Assembly (NCBI GenBank): GCA_002070605.1
Contig: MWDO01000058.1
Coordinates: 1-16,232 of the forward strand
Direction of reading: 5' to 3'
Length of the DNA: 16,232 nucleotides
Origin: Spirochaetes bacterium ADurb.Bin133
GTDB lineage: Bacteria; Spirochaetota; GWE2-31-10; MWDO01
Shown here: positions 1-5,945 of the stretch, one piece after another
How positions within the stretch are numbered: position 1 is the stretch's first letter
Layout: every line of letters begins with the position of its first letter
Made by a program: the position numbers and the translations under genes
Notes under the pieces: model-generated
Database searches by the model: none
What the model was told of the DNA's origin: nothing
What the model saw: the letters and a program-made list of their open reading frames with translations, nothing else

Positions 1-312
1 GCGGACTATCGAAGCCATACCGAATTCGTTATACAAGGAATGCCATCTTTTTATTTGAAGATAGTCCGCTTCGCTAATTCTGAGGTATTTATCCAGCCTT
101 TTATCGTCGGTATTATCTATAACGGCGTATTCGGAGCGATGATTCCCAATTATTCTCTTCATTTTTGGGATTTTTTTATCAATAAGGCGAAACATAGTTT
201 CAAATAACTCGCTAAACGTATTGATTTTGAACTCTTTTAGTAGAAAATCTATGACGTTGTTATTCATAGATTCTGATACTATAAAATGAAATAAATGTTT
301 TTTGTTTTTCAT
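1..312 (-). CDS. hypothetical protein (N-terminal ~104 aa visible; C-terminus lies beyond window start)
   Basis: Minus-strand ATG at 312-310 with GGAG RBS about 8 nt upstream (revcomp of 318-329). Open frame continues to position 1. My translation begins MKNKKHLFHFIVSESMNNNVIDFLLKEF... Not in the ORF track because it is truncated. No family recognised. Confidence 0.5.
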   Translation of the reverse strand, partial: MKNKKHLFHFIVSESMNNNVIDFLLKEFKINTFSELFETMFRLIDKKIPKMKRIIGNHRSEYAVIDNTDDKRLDKYLRISEADYLQIKRWHSLYNEFGMASIVR

Positions 313-423
313 AAAGTTTTCTCCTTTTTTTTATATATATAACAACTAAAAGTAGAAAACGTTATACAAAAACTTGGATAATTTTTAATAAATGACAAAT
401 ATTTTACTGATTAAAAATATCTG

Positions 424-481
424 TTACATATGTGTCAATTTTGTTCTTAACATCATATGCGTCGATTTTCAAAAAACCGAC
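424..481. repeat. copy of dispersed CATATG-core repeat family (inverted orientation relative to 5636-5668)
   Basis: Revcomp of 424-481 reads CCCCGTCGGTTTTTTGAAAATCGACGCATATG...TTGACACATATGTAACAGATATTT. It aligns with CTCGTCGGTTTTTTTGAAATTGGACGCATATG at 5636-5668 and with the revcomp of 14647-14718. Confidence 0.55.
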
Positions 482-509
482 GGGGCGCTCGGAAAATTTA
501 TATATTCCT

Positions 510-545
510 TGACTTATCTAAGATAAAATATTATAAGCAGGTATT
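510..545 (+). promoter_or_regulatory. putative sigma70-like promoter (TTGACT -N17- TATAAG) upstream of riboswitch-like leader
   Basis: TTGACT at 510-515 and TATAAG about 17 nt downstream. It sits just 5' of the conserved riboswitch-like sequence. Sequence reading only. Confidence 0.3.
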
Positions 546-547
546 GT

Positions 548-690
548 TTTATTTTCAGAGGAAGACGGTTAGATTCCGTCGCGGTTTGCGCCGCCGTATG
601 CGGGGACCGACGTTATGTTTTACAACCACGAGGTATCGGAAGGTTATAACGAAGGGAAGATCCATAAGCCGGAAGACTTAAATAAGACAA
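548..690 (+). promoter_or_regulatory. cobalamin (AdoCbl) riboswitch candidate in 5' leader of TonB-dependent receptor gene
   Basis: Matches from-memory cobalamin riboswitch consensus blocks in the right order: AGAGGAAG.GGTTAGATTCC (GGUGnAAnUCC-like), GCGCCGCCGTA (CCCGCCACUGUA-like), CCACGAG (GCCACUG-like), GGAAGG, and AAGCCGGAAGAC (B12-box-like AGYCAGGAnACC). The region is GC-rich relative to its surroundings. ORF 457..681 overlaps it and is Arg-rich nonsense. A TonB-dependent receptor lies downstream, the usual riboswitch-btuB arrangement. The 3' half of the B12 box is imperfect. Confidence 0.55.
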
Positions 691-803
691 ATATAACGAC
701 AGCGTTTCGCAATAAAACGGAGTCGTATAATGCTTATTATATTATAATATTTCTTCAATAGTTTTTGATTTATTATCGGGAAGGTAATAAGAATCGGATT
801 TGT

Positions 804-2777
804 ATGAGAAGGAACTGTTTTCTGATATTTTTGATTTTTCTTAAAGCGTTGTTATACTCGGGAGATACGACTGCGGACGTTTCGGACGATTATAGTATTA
901 TTTTGGAAGACGAAAAGGGACTCGACGTTATAGGATTTACTTGCGAGGTTAACAACAAATATACGATTAGTAAAGAAAATATTGATATGATTAATCCAAA
1001 AGATTTAACGGAATTATTGGAGAAAGCCGCGAATATTTCGATTATTAGATACGGCAGTTATGGAAGTATTTCTTCGATAAATATTCGCGGAATGTCTCAA
1101 AATAGAGTTTTGATTTTATTAAACGGCGTCCCTATGAATTCGGCGCAGACCGGAGGGGCGGATCTAGGTTCTATTCCGATTGGAATAGTTAAGAAAGTTG
1201 AGGTTGTTAAAGGAGGAGCTGATACTAATTATAGTTATAGCGGAGCGGTAGGAGGGGTAATTAACATAATTACCGAGACTGATATAAAGAGAGATACTAT
1301 AGGATTTTTTTTCGACGCAAATAATATATTTTATTATCCAAATTATTATTACAAATCCGGAGATTCTACAAAATATTTTAGCGGGATCAGGGATGTTTTC
1401 GATACTCAGAAGGTAAATACCGGTTTTTTTATTGGAAATAAGGTAGTTTCGTGGAATTTATCTTGCGAAGGCGCTTACGCTAACAACGGTTATATTTACA
1501 AAGATTTAAAGTCAAATAATAAAAAAATGAATAATAACGAAATATGGGAAATTTCTCCAAAGACGTCGTTAAATTTCAATCTACCGCATTATATGAAATT
1601 ATTTATAAACGGATACTACTATCGCGGCGACAAGAATATTCCGGGGTCTTTGACTTCGGCGAATTTATCTAAACAGATAGACGATAATTGTTTTGTTAAT
1701 ATAAAATACGACGCCGATATGGTTGGGGTTGATACAATCGACGCGGAATTAACTTTTAGCTATAAAATGAACAATAACTTATGGAAAGAAAAATACTCGC
1801 AAGATTCGCATTTGTTGCATTCGATATTTACGTCTAATAGATGGAATTTTCTACCGCTTAATTGGCTTAAAATTACTTTTGGCGGCGATTTTCAGTTTGA
1901 TTATTTACTAAGCTCTTCTATAGGAGAAAAGTATCGGATAAACGGCGGGGGATTTGTAACGGTCGAATTTGATATTAAGAAGATTATATCCATAGCGCCT
2001 TCGATAAAGATTGTTTATTATAAAGATTATCCGATTCCGATACCTAAAATTGGTTTTGCGGCTGTTTTAGGGAAATATTTTATTTTTAAAAATAATTTCT
2101 ACGGAAATTACCGCGCGCCTACTTTAAACGATCTTTATTGGAGAGAAGACGCTTACGCCGTAGGGAATCAAAATCTCAAATATGAAATTGGAGTCGGCGG
2201 GGACGCGTCTTTAGAATTTTATAAAAAAGGATATCTTAGGGCTTCTTCGTCCGTTTACGTAAATTGGACTAAAGATCTGATATTGTGGCATTCGAGCGGA
2301 GGCAAATGGAAACCGTCTAACGTTGGACAAGCGCTAGTTATTGGCAGCGAAAATTTTATTGAAACAGATTTTTCAAAATACTTTTCTATGAATATTGCGT
2401 ATAATTACGCAAAAACGTTTTGCGTTAACGAAGTTTACGATTACGCGGACGACAAAAGGATTCCGTATACTCCCGAACATTCGTTTAGTTTTGGGATAAA
2501 GGTTAATTGGATTAGCGGCAATATTTCTATGAACGGTATTTATGAAAGTTTGAAATATACGACAATAGTCAACTATTCAAAAATTGATCCCTATTTTAAA
2601 TTGGATATATCGATTAATCAAAAACTGAATAAATATCTGGAAATATATTCAGTTTTTAATAATATTTTTAATACGTCGTATTTTCTAATCGAAAATTATC
2701 CGTTGCCGGGAGGCGGCGTTACCGTAGGGTTGAAAGTTAATTATGAAGCAAATCCGTCGTTTGGCGGAAAAAAATAA
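804..2777 (+). CDS. TonB-dependent outer-membrane receptor (BtuB-like)
   Basis: ORF 765..2777 (a TTG at 765). The internal ATG at 804 gives a typical signal peptide, MRRNCFLIFLIFLKALLYS. A plug-domain-like segment IRGMSQNRVLILLNGVPMN is present. The long Tyr/Asn/Gly-rich body is consistent with a beta-barrel. A cobalamin-riboswitch-like leader lies upstream. Confidence 0.8.
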   Translation: MRRNCFLIFLIFLKALLYSGDTTADVSDDYSIILEDEKGLDVIGFTCEVNNKYTISKENIDMINPKDLTELLEKAANISIIRYGSYGSISSINIRGMSQNRVLILLNGVPMNSAQTGGADLGSIPIGIVKKVEVVKGGADTNYSYSGAVGGVINIITETDIKRDTIGFFFDANNIFYYPNYYYKSGDSTKYFSGIRDVFDTQKVNTGFFIGNKVVSWNLSCEGAYANNGYIYKDLKSNNKKMNNNEIWEISPKTSLNFNLPHYMKLFINGYYYRGDKNIPGSLTSANLSKQIDDNCFVNIKYDADMVGVDTIDAELTFSYKMNNNLWKEKYSQDSHLLHSIFTSNRWNFLPLNWLKITFGGDFQFDYLLSSSIGEKYRINGGGFVTVEFDIKKIISIAPSIKIVYYKDYPIPIPKIGFAAVLGKYFIFKNNFYGNYRAPTLNDLYWREDAYAVGNQNLKYEIGVGGDASLEFYKKGYLRASSSVYVNWTKDLILWHSSGGKWKPSNVGQALVIGSENFIETDFSKYFSMNIAYNYAKTFCVNEVYDYADDKRIPYTPEHSFSFGIKVNWISGNISMNGIYESLKYTTIVNYSKIDPYFKLDISINQKLNKYLEIYSVFNNIFNTSYFLIENYPLPGGGVTVGLKVNYEANPSFGGKK

Positions 2778-2791
2778 AATTGGAGGAAAAT

Positions 2792-3283
2792 ATGTTTAAG
2801 AGAAGAATTTTTAGTTTTGGAGTATTTGTAGCGCTGTTGTTATCTATCGTTTCTTGTCCGAATTTACCGACAAGTAGCGCGGAAGCTAGTTTATCGGGAT
2901 ACTGGATATCGGCTTTCGGAGACGGTTTTTCTATTTCGGATTCAAACGTATATACTCAATACGATAACGCCGCTAAAGACGTAAGTTTTGCCGGAGATAT
3001 TGTAAAAAAATCTGACGAAAATTTAGTTGACTCGGAAGGGTATATTGTGATAGAAATAACAAACGCCGGAACTTGGGGCAAAACGGTTGGAAAATTTCAC
3101 GTTATCAGATGGAAAGAACTAACCGATAATAAATGTAAACAAGCGTGCGCCGCAAAATTTGTGGGGACTAACGATCCGGAAAACGATTTTGAAGCGGTTA
3201 GAGATACGGTAGAACTTGCCGAAACCGAACTAACCGAATCAAACGGCTATTTTGGCTCTTACGGAGATTACGAACGGCAATAG
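2792..3283 (+). CDS. small lipoprotein of unknown function (co-transcribed with TonB-dependent receptor)
   Basis: ORF 2780..3283. ATG at 2792 follows GGAGG (2782-2786). N-terminus MFKRRIFSFGVFVALLLSIVSC has a lipobox (IVS-C) and signal peptide. There is a 14-nt gap after the receptor stop. No recognisable family. Confidence 0.7.
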   Translation: MFKRRIFSFGVFVALLLSIVSCPNLPTSSAEASLSGYWISAFGDGFSISDSNVYTQYDNAAKDVSFAGDIVKKSDENLVDSEGYIVIEITNAGTWGKTVGKFHVIRWKELTDNKCKQACAAKFVGTNDPENDFEAVRDTVELAETELTESNGYFGSYGDYERQ

Positions 3284-3307
3284 CGCGGGACCGGGATAAA
3301 AAGCGGG

Positions 3308-4015
3308 ATGAAAAGAAAGAGATATACGTTATTAACGTTGCTTGAGAAACAACCAAAAGCGTTAAAAAAATGTAGCGAATTTATATATTTAGCGAATTTA
3401 TTTAACTCCTCGTCGGTTTTAAAGCAGATGTCTCTTTCTTTAGCCGCCTATCGTCTACTAAATAGAGTTCAGATCAAATCGGATTCTATCGAGAGGTTTT
3501 TAAAATTTTACAAACTGCCGGCTAACGCTTTTTTCCCTCTCTTTCTTTTGATGAAAAAGAAATATCTGGATAAAACGACCGCTTTGAAAAAGAAAAAAGA
3601 GGAGAATATTCGCAAAATATTAAATAATCTAAGCAGTTCCAAAAAAATTATTCTTAAATCGTTACTCGAGGACGAGAAAAAGTATAACATTAAAATTACT
3701 CTTTGGCGAAAATATTTTTTTCCAAATTCCTTAAAAAAAGCCGAAAAACTTATTAAAATTTCAAATATCGAATTGAGCGAGATTATTGAGAGTTTCATGG
3801 AGGATTTCAAAAAAAAGTACGACAATTGTATTTCGATTAAATATAAAAAGGTACTATGTAAATTCATTATGGAAACGGCTCTAAATAAAATATCTCCCGG
3901 CGTAGTGAGAAAGAATTATAGAGAGTTATCAAAAAAATACCACCCAGACTTAGGGGGAGATCCCGCCCATTTCAAAAAGTTATCCGAGGCAAAAAATATT
4001 TTATTAGGTTACTGA
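3308..4015 (+). CDS. J-domain (DnaJ-like) protein with Lys-rich N-terminal domain of unknown function
   Basis: The C-terminus YRELSKKYHPDLGGDPAHFKKLSEAKNILL carries the HPD tripeptide and surrounding J-domain helix pattern. The first ~190 aa are Lys-rich and unrecognised. Confidence 0.65.
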   Translation: MKRKRYTLLTLLEKQPKALKKCSEFIYLANLFNSSSVLKQMSLSLAAYRLLNRVQIKSDSIERFLKFYKLPANAFFPLFLLMKKKYLDKTTALKKKKEENIRKILNNLSSSKKIILKSLLEDEKKYNIKITLWRKYFFPNSLKKAEKLIKISNIELSEIIESFMEDFKKKYDNCISIKYKKVLCKFIMETALNKISPGVVRKNYRELSKKYHPDLGGDPAHFKKLSEAKNILLGY

Positions 4016-5112
4016 GTTGCGTTTCCTATAAGTTTATTAATTTGATCTTTTAGAGAACAATTGTCGCCTAAATTTATATTCCCGACTTTTGAACATATTT
4101 TTTCCAGATATTCCATCTCTTTTAATTTATAAAGGACTGCGTTTTCTTCCATTAGTTTAGCGGTATTTAACAAACTTCTAGTCGAAGCCGTCTCTTCTCT
4201 ACGCATAATAACGTTTGCCTGCGCCTCTTTTTGAGCTATAAGCACTTTATTGAGAATATCTTTTATTTCGCCGGGGAGTATTACGTCTTTCAGTCCGGCG
4301 GATAAAAACTCGACTCCAAAACTATCTTTTTTTTCAGACAATTGTCGCAGTACAAAATTCCCGATTTCCTCTTTTTTTAAAAGCAGGTCGTCAAGTTTTA
4401 TCGAACCGACGTATTCTCTTAAAATCAGTTGTAACAGAATATAAAGTTGACCTTCTAAATCTTTTATCTCTACTAACGCTTTATAAGGATTAACAATTTT
4501 ATATTGACAAACAAAATTCAAGCGTAATGTTATTTTATCCTCGGTCATTATTTCTTGACCGTTCATATCTATCTGTTTTTGCCTCATATCGACTTTTTCA
4601 ATTTTAGCCGTAACGTTGCCCTTGAGATGATGATACTTTCCCGGTTGGAGATTTTTTTGATAGACGCCGTTATAGAATAGCAAGCCCGTTTCATAACTCT
4701 CGACAATTGTCGTATCAACAAATTTTGAGGCGTTTTCGTCGGAAAATATAGAAATATCGACGTCCTTTGGAAGTTCTGAATTATTTAGCGAAATCTTTTG
4801 AAAATTATGTTTTTTTAAGATATTCCAGTAAGCGTATTTTCCGCTTTTTAAAATTCTAGAAAAGACTCCGTCGGAATAAAGCAGAGCAATCTCATTATCC
4901 GCCACTTCTATTACGTCTAAAAATTTTGAAATTTCAGGATTTTCGAGAAATTGATTTATATTGAAACCTTTAATGAAGAATCTTTTATTAATATTTACAA
5001 TTTTTATTTCAGTATTTTTCGTTAGCGGAGTAAAATACTTTCCCGGTTCAAGAAATTTCTGAAACTTACCGTTCTTAAAAAGAAATCCGCGTTCCTGTTC
5101 ATTGATAATCAT
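4009..5112 (-). CDS. SPFH/band-7 (stomatin/flotillin/HflKC-like) domain protein
   Basis: 367-aa ORF. AGGAGG RBS 8 nt upstream (revcomp of 5121-5126). The C-terminal half has SPFH-like segments (GLKDVILPGEIKD..., AQKEAQANVIMRREETASTRSLLNTAKL). The N-terminal half has two related beta-rich units (FLFKNGKFQKFLEPGKYF / LLFYNGVYQKNLQPGKYHH). Its 3' end overlaps the 3308..4015 stop by 7 bp tail-to-tail. Confidence 0.75.
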   Translation of the reverse strand: MIINEQERGFLFKNGKFQKFLEPGKYFTPLTKNTEIKIVNINKRFFIKGFNINQFLENPEISKFLDVIEVADNEIALLYSDGVFSRILKSGKYAYWNILKKHNFQKISLNNSELPKDVDISIFSDENASKFVDTTIVESYETGLLFYNGVYQKNLQPGKYHHLKGNVTAKIEKVDMRQKQIDMNGQEIMTEDKITLRLNFVCQYKIVNPYKALVEIKDLEGQLYILLQLILREYVGSIKLDDLLLKKEEIGNFVLRQLSEKKDSFGVEFLSAGLKDVILPGEIKDILNKVLIAQKEAQANVIMRREETASTRSLLNTAKLMEENAVLYKLKEMEYLEKICSKVGNINLGDNCSLKDQINKLIGNATQ

Positions 5113-5129
5113 TCTTTTCCTCCTAAAAA

Positions 5130-5585
5130 ATAAAAGTCGAAAGGTTTGACCCGTACGATTAAAACGGGAACCGGCTTTAGTCGTAAGAAAATTTTCAAGT
5201 ACTTTAGAGCCCGCGCGACAATCGTTTACGCAGTTAGCGCTTCAAATAATTGTCGCGCAAACCGGAGGTAAAAAATTAATCGCGCCTAGCTTCTTCAATA
5301 GTTGAAAATAATTTTACAACGGTATCCGCTCGCTCTCAAAGTAATAAACGTACCGATCCGGCTTAAGCCGAATCAGGATCTCCCCTAACGACCCGTTTCA
5401 ATTAAGGACGCCGCTCTGCCAATGAGCTAAACAAAGTCGCCTCTGCTTAAGGAATCGAACCTTATACGCGCGCCTAAAAATTTGGATCGACCCCTCTTAC
5501 CGAAACGTCCGGTTTCAAACGAAAAGGACGCCGCAGGATTTCAGAAATCCGAGCTTCAAGATAAGATAAGCGATCCTTTAGATAT
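5130..5585 (-). ncRNA. candidate structured non-coding RNA (family unresolved; has tRNA-like T-arm and D-arm motifs; tmRNA-like or other large ncRNA possible)
   Basis: The island is ORF-free and markedly GC-rich in an AT-rich genome. On the minus strand it contains: a perfect T-arm TAAGG-TTCGATT-CCTTA (plus coordinates 5446-5462); a canonical D-arm TA-GCTC-ATTGGCA-GAGC (plus 5413-5430); an internal ~45-nt duplicated motif GCGGCGTCCTT..TTGAAAC..GGGGA.GATCC (5372-5413 and 5481-5537); and a 10-bp perfect stem GCGCGACAAT/ATTGTCGCGC (5212-5258) whose loop holds a short in-frame ORF ending in TAA. A candidate promoter lies upstream on the minus strand (TTGACT at plus 5605-5610). A hairpin CCCGT..ACGGG plus T-run lies near 5135-5170. 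I could not fit a canonical tRNA cloverleaf. I found no RNase P P4 motif (GGAAAGUCC absent). The T-arm sits 5' of the D-arm, opposite to a one-piece tmRNA. Confidence 0.35.
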
Positions 5586-5651
5586 GTTATATTTTTTTAT
5601 AATAAAGTCAAATTTTATCTGATAAAATACGCGTCTCGTCGGTTTTTTTGA

Positions 5652-5926
5652 AATTGGACGCATATGCGGCGCTATACGCGCGACTATTGAACCCTCGATT
5701 TCGCGTCCCGAGCGGATGTGAGGAGAAATCGAGGGTTCAGTTCTACACATACTCGCCGCTCCCCGACGAATAATTTGACACATATGCGACGCATAACCGC
5801 CGCGCCGCTCCCCGACGAATAATTTGACACATATGGAGCTATACGCCGCGTCGCTCCTCGATATAAATTGACGCATATGCGTTAAATCGCCCTGCGACAA
5901 AAAAATTGACACATATGCGTCAATTA
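5652..5926. repeat. degenerate tandem repeat array (5 units, ~40-120 bp) each headed by A(A/T)TTGACnCATATG; includes a 31-bp perfect direct repeat with 49-bp period
   Basis: Unit heads: TTGGACGCATATGCG 5654-5668, TTGACACATATGCG 5775-5788, TTGACACATATGG 5824-5836, TTGACGCATATGCGTTAA 5868-5885, TTGACACATATGCGTCAA 5907-5924. The last two are near-perfect 18-bp palindromes (TTGACn-CATATG-nGTCAA). CCGCTCCCCGACGAATAATTTGACACATATG occurs identically at 5756-5786 and 5805-5835. ORF 5556..5912 (minus) reads through these repeats and is not a credible gene. Confidence 0.7.
5688..5739. repeat. 15-bp perfect inverted repeat forming a strong hairpin (stem TGAACCCTCGATTTC / GAAATCGAGGGTTCA, 22-nt loop)
   Basis: Direct reading. 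Left arm 5688-5702, right arm 5725-5739. Not followed by a T-run on either strand. Lies inside the first long repeat unit. Confidence 0.6.
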
Positions 5927-5945
5927 TAAACCGGCGTAAACTTTT

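Noticed and set aside
457-681. 74-aa Arg-rich ORF
   Set aside because: It overlaps the riboswitch-like GC-rich leader, has a nonsense basic composition and has no RBS. It is an artefact of the structured RNA.
765-803. Upstream TTG start for the TonB receptor
   Set aside because: The ATG at 804 yields a canonical signal peptide. The 13-residue extension from TTG 765 would place charged residues before it. Kept as an alternative only.
3508-3867. 119-aa antisense ORF inside the J-domain gene
   Set aside because: It lies fully inside a better-supported gene on the opposite strand and has a low-complexity Phe/Ser/Leu composition.
4250-4444. 64-aa ORF antisense to the SPFH gene
   Set aside because: Embedded antisense to a well-supported CDS, with no RBS.
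5130-5585. Bacterial RNase P RNA or canonical tRNA gene
   Set aside because: No GGAAAGUCC / P4 pairing arrangement on either strand. The T-arm and D-arm are in the wrong order and spacing for a cloverleaf, and no complementary acceptor strands were found.
5556-5912. 118-aa minus-strand ORF
   Set aside because: It is translated straight through the CATATG tandem repeats (recurring HM dipeptides) and into the GC-rich island. It has no RBS and is repeat-driven.
5652-5926. Possible CRISPR array
   Set aside because: The repeats are degenerate, unit lengths vary from 39 to 120 bp, inter-repeat sequence is itself repeated, and there is no cas gene nearby.
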